Of a DNA stretch of 64,000 bases, positions 1 through 10,414 are shown in pieces (position 1 is the first letter of the stretch; each line of letters begins with the position of its first letter). The notes under the pieces were generated by a model. That model did not search any database. It was not told where the DNA came from and worked only from the letters and a program-made list of their open reading frames with translations. The stretch lies in the IMG/VR virus record IMGVR_UViG_3300044633_000521; one strand, 5' to 3'. The position numbers were made by a program, and so were the translations under genes. The DNA is from a virus.

Positions 1-1210
1 AAATTTTATTTTGTATACTTGAAATAACAGGCACACGCTCAAAGAGTCCTGTATATTCTTTATAAAATTCTTTATTAGCATTTTGAATTCCGTACTTAAT
101 AAAGACTTTTTCATTATAGGCAACATCTTGTACATATATCAATTTGATAATTGGATCACTGCTGCCATTTGTATCAATGAATTTTACTTTCCACACACCA
201 TAACGTTGAGCATCTGGTACCACTTCGCCGTTGTCAAAGCCGTCGATTTGTAGCCCATTCTCGTCAAATATGCCGCGGCTTAACCAAGCACCTTCTCCAA
301 GACTAGTCCAATTTGAGACATCAACAAAGATTAATGTTTTTCCATCTAGGCTACCTGTTATTCCGCCGTACTCTGGATGATCTGCTAAGAACCTACTCAG
401 CAATTGATTGTGTAATTCTGTGTAAGGCAACGGGGTAGCGTAGTCTACATTGTAGACTGTCTGCATAGCGTTAAATCTATCCTGAGCATCAGTTTGCGGT
501 ACATAAAAAGTAACTGTGCCACTGTCGGCGCCATTGTTTTCTACACCGTATACACTACGAGTAGATACTGTGGGAGTAGCATTTAATTTACCATCTACCC
601 CCAATTCTGTTTGTAGCCAGAACGGATAACCTGACTGAGTTACTTGGAATGTATACTTCCCGCCTCTAGCCAATATTAGCGTATTAACTGTGGCACCATC
701 TGATGTAAAAACATATCGATTAGTGGCCGGATCTCTGCTAACTACAAAATCTTTAGCTAATTCTACAGAGCCAGTGTAAACATCTACAGCATCAGGCCCT
801 TTAGGTAACCAATAGTATTGTGTAAAATTAACAAACTTATCGTAACTAAGTCTTGGATCAAAACTATAATATTCATTGTCAAATAATCGACTTTGATTGT
901 CAACAATCCCACCATAGTATTCGATCTTGTTTAACAGATCTACATAGCTTGAGAAAAATGTAATCTCTTGCTGATCATCTCGAACAACTATACCTGGTTC
1001 GAGTTGATAGTGTTGGCGGTCGGCTGAGTCTTCAACAATGTAACTATCTTTGGCTTTGTACGTTGGCGCAAATTTACGGCCGATATAACCATAGATATTT
1101 TTAAGATTGGGTTCAGCAATTAGTTGGTCTAAGGTAGCAGACAAAAACTTATCGTTAACGTCTGATTGAAATATCCCTGGTAAAAATTTATTAGTTTTTC
1201 TTGCGGCCAT
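1..1210 (-). CDS. N-terminal part of a large virion structural protein, probably baseplate (runs off the window edge)
   Basis: Not in the ORF track. ATG at 1210 reads MAARKTNKFLPGIFQSDVNDKFLSATLDQL... and appears open toward position 1. Preceded by an AGGA SD and a late box TAAATA (1243-1238); follows the baseplate wedge gene. Confidence 0.7.
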   Translation of the reverse strand, partial: MAARKTNKFLPGIFQSDVNDKFLSATLDQLIAEPNLKNIYGYIGRKFAPTYKAKDSYIVEDSADRQHYQLEPGIVVRDDQQEITFFSSYVDLLNKIEYYGGIVDNQSRLFDNEYYSFDPRLSYDKFVNFTQYYWLPKGPDAVDVYTGSVELAKDFVVSRDPATNRYVFTSDGATVNTLILARGGKYTFQVTQSGYPFWLQTELGVDGKLNATPTVSTRSVYGVENNGADSGTVTFYVPQTDAQDRFNAMQTVYNVDYATPLPYTELHNQLLSRFLADHPEYGGITGSLDGKTLIFVDVSNWTSLGEGAWLSRGIFDENGLQIDGFDNGEVVPDAQRYGVWKVKFIDTNGSSDPIIKLIYVQDVAYNEKVFIKYGIQNANKEFYKEYTGLFERVPVISSIQNKI

Positions 1211-1249
1211 TATAACTTGATCCTAAGCAGTATATAGTATTTAAGCGTT

Positions 1250-4200
1250 TTAAATCTGGTTCAATTGTGCGGCAGTAATGGCGCTGATAACCTGTACGTT
1301 ATCCACTGTTGCGGCACTTATAATAATTTCATTGTATTCAGCATTGATCTGCATTAAACTGCCAAACGGTGTTGCTGAATTAGCAGGCACTATTACTATA
1401 CTAGCAATGTTTGGTGTTAAAGTTTGATGTAAATATGCGCTCAATTCACTAAAGTAAAAAGTTTCACCGAAGTCCCAATTAGCTATGTCAAAATAAGCAT
1501 TAATTGCTGCGATTACGCTGGTCTTAATATCATTGTCACTGACAATTACACTAGGATTCTTAACTACTTTAAACATAGCCTGCAAAGACAATTCCGCTTT
1601 AGATCCAAAGATTGGTTTAAATTTAGCAGGATTATAAATTAATGTATCACTGATTGCTTTATATTTTTCTAAGCCGCCAAATTCAATAATTAAATCCTCA
1701 CCGGTTGGTTTTTCAGGTTCAGCAACTTTATTACTGCTGTCTTGAACCCACGCAACATAGTCCGTAGCATACTGTTTAGTTAACATATACAGGTCAATAA
1801 TATTGTTTGGACTCGGGTCAATACGACGATAGTTTGGGCTATTATGTCTATATTGAAAGTAAATGTCCTGACGTCCGGTTTTAGCAACATAATTAGTTAC
1901 TTCAGTAACTACATAGCTAGCGCCTGTTACTGTCAATTGATAAAATGTATTAGTGTCTGGCACATAGAACAATTGCCCATCAACGTATGTTGTTTTATTT
2001 GTGTTAATTTCAGTAAGATTTGTATATTCAGACACTACTAACGCATTACTTACTGGAGTTTCTGTGATATAATTCTCGTAATCGGCAGTTTGTTCAAAGT
2101 ATACATATTTTTTAGTTGTATTGACGCCAGGGGCCACTAACAATTCAAACAATTCTGGATTGTCCGGAGCGCCATCATTATCTGCATCCGGGAATGTGAT
2201 TAACATTTTATTAGGATTTTCGTAGCCGTCAACGTCGACGATATTTTTATAAACATACCAGGTATAATCGAGTGCCAATCCTGTGCTTACATCGTCCGGC
2301 AAATGATTAATTTTCAATACTTTAATTTGGTCGTTAATGGTTAATCCTGTTTTTGGGTCAAAGATCTTAACATCATTATCAAAGTAAAAATTAGTTTCTT
2401 TTACACTTTCGAATACATAGTTCAATCCGCGGTATACCACAGTATACGTTTGACCCACAGTTTGGAAATAAATTAACCAACTGCGGTCTGCGCCTTGTCC
2501 GCTAGTATCGCCAGTTTGATTAAGACTAAATTCACCGGTGTTAATATCACCGGGTAGAATTAATTTCCATTCACTAGCATCTACATCGTAGCGTAGGCCA
2601 AATTCTTCGTAGGCTTGGATATAACCGACCATGCTTTCAACAAGACTTGTTTTAAAATCATTGTTAAATACTGCGTATATTTCAGCAATAATAGCAGTAC
2701 TAGGAACAATTTGGTTAATAGTAATAGCGCCTGAGCCATTATCAAATATGCCTAGCCCACTATTGGTGCCATCTCCTACAACTTTTACCACAGCGGCATA
2801 GATATACTGCTTATCACCAGGATTGCTCACTATACCTGTTTGAATAGTGTTCTGCGCATCAAAATAATTGCCCGTGCCTGCCGAGAATTTAATAATACTA
2901 CCCGGATGAATGTAACTGTTGTTGTTGCTAACATAATCGCCGATTTGTAATATCGAGCCAAGACTATTAGTGAAGTAGCCGGTACTACCATTGGCTACAG
3001 AACTAGCTCTATTCCAATAAACATCAAATACAGAAATCTTTGGATAGAATGAATAAAAATATTGAAGTGTTTCTTTAGCACTAGCAATAGGTTTAACTTG
3101 ATTGTAGATAACGCGATAGATGTCATTCTTAGTTGAATAATCAAAACTAAACGAATTTTCATATGGGTCGCGGTATAAGATACCATCTTGGCAGAAAATA
3201 TTAGTCGATGAATACTTACCTGTGGTATCAATAACATCCAAGTAACGACTTACACCAGAGCTAGTACGATTAACAGCTTTGGCTTTTAGTACATTACTAA
3301 ACAATGTGTAAGGTAAGATATTATAGTCTTCACCTGTTACCATACGATCCTGTGTATAGTATTGCTGAGGTGCTTTTTGACGTATCTCATCAATAGTTTC
3401 GCGTGCGCTGGCATTGGCGACTGTGTAGCGCAATCTAGCAGTAAGTGTTATAGTTTCAATACGACCACCACGACTTACATAGTTAATAGGCACTACTACT
3501 TTATTCATCTCATTAGGTGTAATTTTATAGCTAAGGCCATTACTTACACGATAGTAGATTCTAAAATTACCCTGCGGAATATTAGCGAATGATCCGTCAC
3601 CAAATATTAGATCAATTTGATCGTTGGCACGAGTGCTAATTTGATAGACATTTTTGTCAGCTGATTTATTGTAAATTACGTTAGTAACACCCACTGCTGG
3701 TACTTTAGTCCATAATACATCCGGATTGCCGTTTGAGTCTAAGCTATACAACCAAACATCAGTATTGTTAATGTTATTAGTGTTAACACTGTACACACGA
3801 TTCGGGATACTTTCTTGTAGGTTAAAGTCGGCACTCTGCATTTCGCCTTGTTTGAAATACACAAAGAATCCGGTATTAGAACTGTTGTTGCCTAGGTTAT
3901 CGTTTTTGTATAGAACATTAAACGGATTGCTTGGTTTAGGAGCAGTTTCATATACATACGATTCACCTGCGCTAGTAGGGCTTACTGTTTCGAAGGTCAT
4001 TGCTGATCCTTCGATGGCGCTTTGGAATGTATAAGTGGCTACCACATTAGGAATTAAATTAATTTGATATTCATCGTTTTGAATACCATTGATTAACTGG
4101 CTATTACTAGGTTTGCCAACTACTTGATTGTTACTAAGGCTAGCATTAACTACCGCAGTAAATTGTTCTAGCCAGTTGTCGTTTCCGGCGTCGGCCCAAC

Positions 4201-4627
4201 TAATTAATATACCAGCCAGATCAACTCCGTTACTGTCATAGATAGTTTCTGTCGTACTTACGCTTTCAATTTTAAGGAAACCAGTAGCAGGCAAATTACG
4301 CTTTGGTGTATAGCTAATAAGTTTAGCCAGTTTAAAGATACTATCACGACGTTGCGCTGTATCAATGAAATTTTCGCGAGCATTTAAATCTGTACGAAAA
4401 CTTAGGCTTTGGCCCAAGAACGCAATAAGATCAATTAGAGCAATAAATTCTGAGCTTTCAGTAAAGTCGTTAAAGTCTTCTGGATAATATGTACGCAAAT
4501 AATCAATCATTGACTTACGAAGTGTTTCGTAGTCGTAGCTTTGAAAGTCCGCATTACGGAAGGTTTGATATATCTTAGTCCAATCTTCAGCAACTAATAA
4601 ACTGGTTTGTCTTGTGGTGATAGCCAT
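1250..4627 (-). CDS. gp6: Baseplate wedge subunit, T4 gp6-like
   Basis: N-terminal DFQSYDYETLRKSMIDYL...DFTESSEF...ENFIDTAQRRDSI and internal ETIDEIRQKAPQQYYTQDRMVTGEDY are gp6/baseplate-J-type motifs; adjacent to gp25-like gene. Confidence 0.85.
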   Translation of the reverse strand: MAITTRQTSLLVAEDWTKIYQTFRNADFQSYDYETLRKSMIDYLRTYYPEDFNDFTESSEFIALIDLIAFLGQSLSFRTDLNARENFIDTAQRRDSIFKLAKLISYTPKRNLPATGFLKIESVSTTETIYDSNGVDLAGILISWADAGNDNWLEQFTAVVNASLSNNQVVGKPSNSQLINGIQNDEYQINLIPNVVATYTFQSAIEGSAMTFETVSPTSAGESYVYETAPKPSNPFNVLYKNDNLGNNSSNTGFFVYFKQGEMQSADFNLQESIPNRVYSVNTNNINNTDVWLYSLDSNGNPDVLWTKVPAVGVTNVIYNKSADKNVYQISTRANDQIDLIFGDGSFANIPQGNFRIYYRVSNGLSYKITPNEMNKVVVPINYVSRGGRIETITLTARLRYTVANASARETIDEIRQKAPQQYYTQDRMVTGEDYNILPYTLFSNVLKAKAVNRTSSGVSRYLDVIDTTGKYSSTNIFCQDGILYRDPYENSFSFDYSTKNDIYRVIYNQVKPIASAKETLQYFYSFYPKISVFDVYWNRASSVANGSTGYFTNSLGSILQIGDYVSNNNSYIHPGSIIKFSAGTGNYFDAQNTIQTGIVSNPGDKQYIYAAVVKVVGDGTNSGLGIFDNGSGAITINQIVPSTAIIAEIYAVFNNDFKTSLVESMVGYIQAYEEFGLRYDVDASEWKLILPGDINTGEFSLNQTGDTSGQGADRSWLIYFQTVGQTYTVVYRGLNYVFESVKETNFYFDNDVKIFDPKTGLTINDQIKVLKINHLPDDVSTGLALDYTWYVYKNIVDVDGYENPNKMLITFPDADNDGAPDNPELFELLVAPGVNTTKKYVYFEQTADYENYITETPVSNALVVSEYTNLTEINTNKTTYVDGQLFYVPDTNTFYQLTVTGASYVVTEVTNYVAKTGRQDIYFQYRHNSPNYRRIDPSPNNIIDLYMLTKQYATDYVAWVQDSSNKVAEPEKPTGEDLIIEFGGLEKYKAISDTLIYNPAKFKPIFGSKAELSLQAMFKVVKNPSVIVSDNDIKTSVIAAINAYFDIANWDFGETFYFSELSAYLHQTLTPNIASIVIVPANSATPFGSLMQINAEYNEIIISAATVDNVQVISAITAAQLNQI

Positions 4628-4675
4628 ACTAATTTCCCATTATAATGTATTTATTTTAGGAAAAAAGTACGTAGT

Positions 4676-5056
4676 TTATTGTAGGACTGAGGTTGTTTGA
4701 AGTGTCTTATCGAACTGTAATAGCATAGTGACTAGTTGATTCGTCTGTACTGATTTTAGTTCAATCTCAAGTTGAAGGCCTTGTTCGTACTGGGTAATGA
4801 TTACATTTTCTATAGCCACACGCGGGTCATACTTAATCACGCTGTTAACATCATTGATAATAACGCTTTTGAGCTCTTCAGTTAACGGATCGAATAGAGT
4901 ATTCCAGATAATAGTGCCAAACTCCGGATTCATCAACTTCTCACCTTTGCGGATGTTGAAGTGGTTTAGTAGATCTTGTTTAATCAACTCCATGTCTGTA
5001 ATGCGGAACTTGTTAGTTCTACCTACAGTACTAAATCCGCGATATATGTTTGCCAT
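4676..5056 (-). CDS. gp25: Baseplate wedge subunit, gp25/GPW family
   Basis: IRKGEKLMNPEFGT..W..LFDP and YDPRV motifs; 126 aa. Confidence 0.9.
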   Translation of the reverse strand: MANIYRGFSTVGRTNKFRITDMELIKQDLLNHFNIRKGEKLMNPEFGTIIWNTLFDPLTEELKSVIINDVNSVIKYDPRVAIENVIITQYEQGLQLEIELKSVQTNQLVTMLLQFDKTLQTTSVLQ

Positions 5057-5075
5057 ATGAATATTTATCCTGCGT

Positions 5076-7235
5076 TTACTGTGTGTTTGCTGAGGCTACT
5101 TTTGGGCCCAACACACTCACCGCATACTTACCATTTTGGAAGTACGTATCACCAGTAGTTTGATTAGCATCTGCGCCGCCACCACCTCGACGCCATAACC
5201 AAGCACCAGAACCTTCCGGATATTTTTTGCTAGGAGGTCCACCGGCACCCAATAAATGACCCACAGCTAACACTCCGCCAACTTGATCCGGTGGCATGTC
5301 TTTAGTAATTGTGCCAGTTTTTAACATAGCACTATAATTGCTACTAGTGTAGTTTGCCATCTGCTGTTCTTGAGCTGCTTCATTGTCAAGGAATTCTTGT
5401 AGGCTAGCAGGTTTGCCCTCGCCGCCTATCCAGTTATTTGGATTATTTAATTGGGCATTAGACTTACACGAGCTCTTAACTAACTTGCCATCAATCAATG
5501 CTTCATAACCCATTTGGTATTTGCCTACGTAACCGTAGTCATTAACCACGTGATATTGATCTGGAAATTTCTTAGGGTCAAATCCACCGCTTTCACTCTT
5601 GCCCATCTGAGCATAATAGGCCGTTGTTTGATCAGCAGTTAGATTTCCAATAGCAGCTTTGGCTACTGGTTGCTTGCTTAGATCTTTAGTAGATCCTGGA
5701 TTAGTTACTGCCGTGCCTTGATTGTTTTTAGTTTTATCTTGTGTTCCTGTATAGGCACTAGGTTGTACTCCGGGTTTAGTTGCCGAAGCTGTTGGTATTG
5801 CTGAGCGATCATACGGCTCATGGGTGGGTGCTATTGTAACAATTGTTGATAATTTTTTTGGTTTAATTTCCCATAAGCGATTGCCGGTGTTTAATTCAGT
5901 TTCCGATAGCTGATTTACTGTAAGTTTTTTAATATCTTTTAAACTGGCACCAGGATCTGTGTTCTGTGTTATTGTGCTACCGCGCAAAGACATCTTACTA
6001 CTACTTTTTAGAGAAATAGTACCTGCTGCGTCTACGTTAAATGCGCCGCCCGATTTGATTGTAGAGTCAGTGCCTGACTGTACAGCAAATGCGTTTTTTG
6101 TAATGAAATTAGTAGTGGCGCTTTCTACTTGATAGTTACTACCTGCGCTAAAGTTAATATTATTTTTAGCATTTATATTAATGTCAGTGTCGCTGTGTAG
6201 ATTAAATGCGCCTTCTGTGCGAATATTGACTCCGTTTTTGGCATAGATATTCAGCAGGCCACCTTTATCAGCACCAAAGCCCAATTCTATCCAGACTAAA
6301 CCGTCAGCGTTACTAACATAAAACGTATTCTTAGTATCGTGCATCATAATCTGATGCCCACTTGCTGTACGCATCCGTATTAATTGATCTTTGCCGGTGT
6401 TGGCATCACCGTCGTCCATAACGAATGTGTGGCCGCCGACTCGTGTAGTAATTGCGTAGTCATCTTCGGTTAAGGTGCCGTCTGCTACTTTTTGAGCAAT
6501 TATTGATTTTTTAGGTTCTTCCGCAGGATCTTCGCCAAATTTTGGACGACCTGGTGTGCTAATACCGAATACCATACTAGGAGTTTCGCGTTGGCTACTA
6601 CTAGAAATTGTGCCGCGGGCACTGTCTCTATCTAACCCTTGTGTGACTAATATATTAAATTGGGGTTCGTGTATAGGTTTGGGATTTGTAACAAAACCAG
6701 AATTAGTTACTTTGGTTAGATCATTGGTGTTAAATTCAGTCACTGGATATTGTGTGCCTGTAGTTAACGATTTTTTAACTTCATCATTAGCAAGTTCAGT
6801 ATCAGTATCAGTTGTGCTGCCCATAGCCGGCAACATATAGCGACTGATGCTACTGTTAACACAGGCTACCCAGTAGCCTTTAATAGGGTCGCCACCGATG
6901 AACAACACAATAACTTCTACGCCAATGTCGGGCGGTACCATCCACATACCGTATGTATGCGGAACTTCGGTATATTGATTTTTAGTAGTAGCTGATTTTT
7001 TAATGTTAGTCTGGCCCATAAATGGACTAGCATAACTTACTGTTCGCCAGTTTTGTGGTTCATCAGGATCGCCGCCCAATTCTGGAATCCATACCTGTAG
7101 ACGGCCACAGTAGGTGGGGTCTAAATTATTTTTAACTATACCAATATAGGGAAATGGATCTACACGCACACCACTCGCATCTTCTCTGCGATATGATTTG
7201 CCTACTTTTGTCCCTATTCTACGATCGATTGCCAT
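5076..7235 (-). CDS. Baseplate central spike, gp5/VgrG-like, with C-terminal lysozyme-like domain
   Basis: OB-fold motif (DPTYCGRLQVWIPEL...PPDIGVEV), GHTFVMDD/SGHQIMMHD, beta-helix-type repeats, then ESGG...YVGKYQMG lysozyme/transglycosylase-like motif. Confidence 0.8.
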   Translation of the reverse strand: MAIDRRIGTKVGKSYRREDASGVRVDPFPYIGIVKNNLDPTYCGRLQVWIPELGGDPDEPQNWRTVSYASPFMGQTNIKKSATTKNQYTEVPHTYGMWMVPPDIGVEVIVLFIGGDPIKGYWVACVNSSISRYMLPAMGSTTDTDTELANDEVKKSLTTGTQYPVTEFNTNDLTKVTNSGFVTNPKPIHEPQFNILVTQGLDRDSARGTISSSSQRETPSMVFGISTPGRPKFGEDPAEEPKKSIIAQKVADGTLTEDDYAITTRVGGHTFVMDDGDANTGKDQLIRMRTASGHQIMMHDTKNTFYVSNADGLVWIELGFGADKGGLLNIYAKNGVNIRTEGAFNLHSDTDININAKNNINFSAGSNYQVESATTNFITKNAFAVQSGTDSTIKSGGAFNVDAAGTISLKSSSKMSLRGSTITQNTDPGASLKDIKKLTVNQLSETELNTGNRLWEIKPKKLSTIVTIAPTHEPYDRSAIPTASATKPGVQPSAYTGTQDKTKNNQGTAVTNPGSTKDLSKQPVAKAAIGNLTADQTTAYYAQMGKSESGGFDPKKFPDQYHVVNDYGYVGKYQMGYEALIDGKLVKSSCKSNAQLNNPNNWIGGEGKPASLQEFLDNEAAQEQQMANYTSSNYSAMLKTGTITKDMPPDQVGGVLAVGHLLGAGGPPSKKYPEGSGAWLWRRGGGGADANQTTGDTYFQNGKYAVSVLGPKVASANTQ

Positions 7236-7237
7236 AA

Positions 7238-9208
7238 TTAATCACCTTGATCTGGATATCTAACCATATCCAACGTTTGTATAAATTTGCCGGCTTCAAA
7301 TGTACTATCAACAGCTATTACATGATATAATCCAGTATATCCGTCAGAGTTAAATCTGTCATCATACTTAATCTCGCCCGTTTCGTCATCCATGTCTGCC
7401 GGAGTTCTAAAGGTCAAGTCAACTAGTACTTCTTTAGTATCAGTTATAAGCGACCCGTTTTCAGTAACTACTCTAGATTCTCTAGCGACCCAGCCCGCGT
7501 TATCCGAAACTACGCTATAAAAAATATCATCTTGTTTAATGTACTCAGGATCACCTATGATTTTCATCCTAACACGAATCATGTCAGCGACACTTTGTGA
7601 AGCTAGGCTAGCAGCTAGATCAGCGGCAGTAATATCTGCTGCGGATTTCGCTCCGCCCGTAGCTACCTGGCGTTGGTCTGGCAATCTGTAATGAAATGTT
7701 TTTGGAGTCAATGTCCGTTGTCTAGTATTATTAGGGTCAACTACTTCACAACTCGATCCAGTATCGTAGTAACTGTCTACACCCGATAACGACATTTCGG
7801 TTGTTTTATAAGCTGTTTTAGCAGTGTAATATGCAGCATTAAATTCTAAATCTAATTCGATGATATCATCATTTTCACCAGTGTAGATATAATTATAATA
7901 TTTTACCGCATACTTTCTATCTGCTTTGCCCTGAGGTGCTTCTATCATGCGAACATTACTCACTTCGTACGGTAGTATGCTATAGGTAATTAATTTAGCA
8001 AAGGTATTTGTAGATTCATCGTAGTTCAATAACTTAATCTGTGGGATAATTTTAAACCAATTAAGAGGTTTATCTTTATTCGCTTCTAGTTTGGCTTGAT
8101 ATGTTGCTTGGTTAACTTCACCGTCGGGTATAGCTAATTGGCTACGCACATACTCACTATTTCTTATAATCATTGCTATAACATTATCTATAGGAGTAGC
8201 ATAGCTGATAGGCAATATACGTTGATTAAAATTTAATACACTTGTTTTGCCGCCTTGGCGCAGAATAGGAGCCGACGCTACATCTGCCATCGGTACAGTT
8301 TTTGGGCTGTTATCGTCTGCTGCAGCAAAAATAACACTTTCTCCAATGGTTTGATCAAAGGCAAAGTCGTATCGATTGGCATATTTAACTTTGTTAGTTC
8401 TTTCTAGTTGTATCATATAGGCATTTAAAGCATCTGCGTACGACTTTGCTTTATAAAGCTCTTCTTTATAGTTTGATATTAATATACTTGGTATAATAGT
8501 GCCGTCACCTCTGGTGACCGACGGAGGTTGTGTTATTTGTACAGTTTCACTTGATGCTTTGAAAAATCCTGCTACAGTACCAGCAGTAATCTCCATTGCC
8601 ACAGGAGTACTAACTAATGTTTCATCAAACGCCTGATGATTAAATGGAATTGCTGTTACGTGATATTCTGACCCTCTACTAGATAATTTTGTATTAATCT
8701 GTAATATTCTAATAGGTATACGTTTAGTAATGTTAGGGATTGGTGCTATTAAATTTCCATCATCGTCGGAACCAAAAAAGTCAATCTGTAACAGGTATGG
8801 GTTAGCTAAGTAATTCCAAGGTTGTCCTATATCATCTGACGCGGCCAGCAATCGGTTTAACAAAGTAAGACCGTACGGTTCTATTAGATTAAATTTAATA
8901 TCAACAGTATTAGTACTTCGATTTGCTTCACCCAATCCTATAAAAGATTTAATATCTAAACTTTGAAAATAAAAGTCTTCTCCAAAATATGTATTACGAT
9001 TAAAGGCACTAGCGCCAGATTGTTCGTTCCAACGGCCAGCACTGGATATTAGAACATTTGTGGGTGTGTACTCGTTGCCGTCTACTATACCATTATAGTC
9101 GTCAACACTTAATAAGTGTAAACTAAGACTATACGTATAACTCGGATACTCGTGTAAGGGGTTAGGGCGATTATAAGGAGCAGTGACCTCTTCAGCATTT
9201 ATTGCCAT
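7238..9208 (-). CDS. Putative baseplate hub protein (gp27/gpD-like)
   Basis: Lies between gp53-like and gp5-like genes; C-terminal MKIIGDP...GLYHVIAVDSTFEAGKFIQTL resembles hub proteins. Confidence 0.6.
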   Translation of the reverse strand: MAINAEEVTAPYNRPNPLHEYPSYTYSLSLHLLSVDDYNGIVDGNEYTPTNVLISSAGRWNEQSGASAFNRNTYFGEDFYFQSLDIKSFIGLGEANRSTNTVDIKFNLIEPYGLTLLNRLLAASDDIGQPWNYLANPYLLQIDFFGSDDDGNLIAPIPNITKRIPIRILQINTKLSSRGSEYHVTAIPFNHQAFDETLVSTPVAMEITAGTVAGFFKASSETVQITQPPSVTRGDGTIIPSILISNYKEELYKAKSYADALNAYMIQLERTNKVKYANRYDFAFDQTIGESVIFAAADDNSPKTVPMADVASAPILRQGGKTSVLNFNQRILPISYATPIDNVIAMIIRNSEYVRSQLAIPDGEVNQATYQAKLEANKDKPLNWFKIIPQIKLLNYDESTNTFAKLITYSILPYEVSNVRMIEAPQGKADRKYAVKYYNYIYTGENDDIIELDLEFNAAYYTAKTAYKTTEMSLSGVDSYYDTGSSCEVVDPNNTRQRTLTPKTFHYRLPDQRQVATGGAKSAADITAADLAASLASQSVADMIRVRMKIIGDPEYIKQDDIFYSVVSDNAGWVARESRVVTENGSLITDTKEVLVDLTFRTPADMDDETGEIKYDDRFNSDGYTGLYHVIAVDSTFEAGKFIQTLDMVRYPDQGD

Positions 9209-9211
9209 CGA

Positions 9212-9520
9212 TTATAATCCTAATGTTGATACAATAGTTGCTTTTTTAGGCACATAAATTATATTGCCTGGCACAAAATCAAAGATAGGATCTTGTAGCT
9301 CATCAGGATTGCGAGCTGCAAATACCCACCATAGGCTAGCACTACCGTATATGTCATGTGCTAATAGATCTGGGCGATGCTCGTATACAGCATCAATTTC
9401 GTAATGTGTGTCGCTATCATTCTTAGGAATAACTCGATCTACCATTACATCTAAGAATGAACCAAATGTTTTCGTAGTATAATACGGACTACTTTTACTA
9501 TATGAAATTTTTGATGCCAT
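9212..9520 (-). CDS. Baseplate wedge protein, gp53-like (LysM-type)
   Basis: RPDLLAHDIYGSASLWWVFA motif; 102 aa. Confidence 0.8.
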   Translation of the reverse strand: MASKISYSKSSPYYTTKTFGSFLDVMVDRVIPKNDSDTHYEIDAVYEHRPDLLAHDIYGSASLWWVFAARNPDELQDPIFDFVPGNIIYVPKKATIVSTLGL

Positions 9521-10341
9521 TATAAGAAACTCCCATTCCCTTTAAGCAGCTTACCTGCAGCAAAATCATCGAGATTAAATTTATCATGTAGTGTTTTGCG
9601 GCTGTAGACTGGACGTAGCGTAATACTTATACTACTAGATGTTGGTAATCTTGTTTTTGTGCTGGTAGTTTCATAATCATTTCCATCTACTGTAGATGAT
9701 ACAGATACATCAACATAGTCAGTATCACTAGGTAAGTTATGTGAAAATGCTGTTAACACGCAAGGTACATGAGGGAAATAATGTTCACCGTAACCATCTA
9801 AGTATACCATCGGCGGCGGGTTTCCTGATGCTTGTCCTGATTGGCCGTCTACTCCAAAAAACATCTTAGTACATGCTCTAAAGAAATATATAGCACCAAG
9901 TAAATACTGACCTTCTGTTGCGTCTTGGACTGTAAAGTCGCCAGTAATTTGTATGTCATTAACTTCACTGCTTTGATAAAACTGCATAGCATAGTTGCTG
10001 TGCGTTAGTGTTTGGCTATTATATGTTGCTGAGTGTGTTACACTAATACTTGGAGTGTACGGAAAAATAACACCGTTAGTTTCAACTAGCGGCTGCATAA
10101 CATGTGCCATAGTATTTTTATAAAATAATGTGCTCGAGTCCGACAAGCTGATACGAACACGCCAATCGTCTTCGGGTGCTGTTGGTGATGTTGAGTCTGA
10201 CATAAATCTTACAGCATTTCTGTTTAGATTAGTCGCCCCGCCACCAAGACCCAATCCAGAAAAATATCTACGTATGTCAGACGAGTTATATCCCGGACCA
10301 TTTGGATTTAGTATGTTCGATATTGCTGGAATGACTGCCAT
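9520..10341 (-). CDS. Putative tail-tube initiator / baseplate protein (gp48/gp54-like)
   Basis: FPYTPSI...GNPPPMVYL...VPCVLTAF pattern; first gene of the baseplate operon behind an exact TATAAATA. Confidence 0.55.
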   Translation of the reverse strand: MAVIPAISNILNPNGPGYNSSDIRRYFSGLGLGGGATNLNRNAVRFMSDSTSPTAPEDDWRVRISLSDSSTLFYKNTMAHVMQPLVETNGVIFPYTPSISVTHSATYNSQTLTHSNYAMQFYQSSEVNDIQITGDFTVQDATEGQYLLGAIYFFRACTKMFFGVDGQSGQASGNPPPMVYLDGYGEHYFPHVPCVLTAFSHNLPSDTDYVDVSVSSTVDGNDYETTSTKTRLPTSSSISITLRPVYSRKTLHDKFNLDDFAAGKLLKGNGSFL

Positions 10342-10359
10342 GTTTTTTTCCTTTTTCTC

Positions 10360-10389
10360 TTGCTATAGTATATTTATAGACTATATAAT
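10360..10389 (+). promoter_or_regulatory. Sigma70-type promoter of the late sigma gene, containing an antisense late promoter
   Basis: TTGCTA (10360-65), 18 bp, TATAAT (10384-89); TATAAATA on the minus strand at 10378-10371. Confidence 0.6.
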
Positions 10390-10414
10390 AGTAGTAGTTA
10401 AAAGGAATCCAAGG

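Noticed and set aside
10130-10414. N-terminal extension of the sigma factor ORF in the track
   Set aside because: It overlaps the opposite-strand gene and both promoters; GTG 10415 has an SD and matches where the family motif begins.
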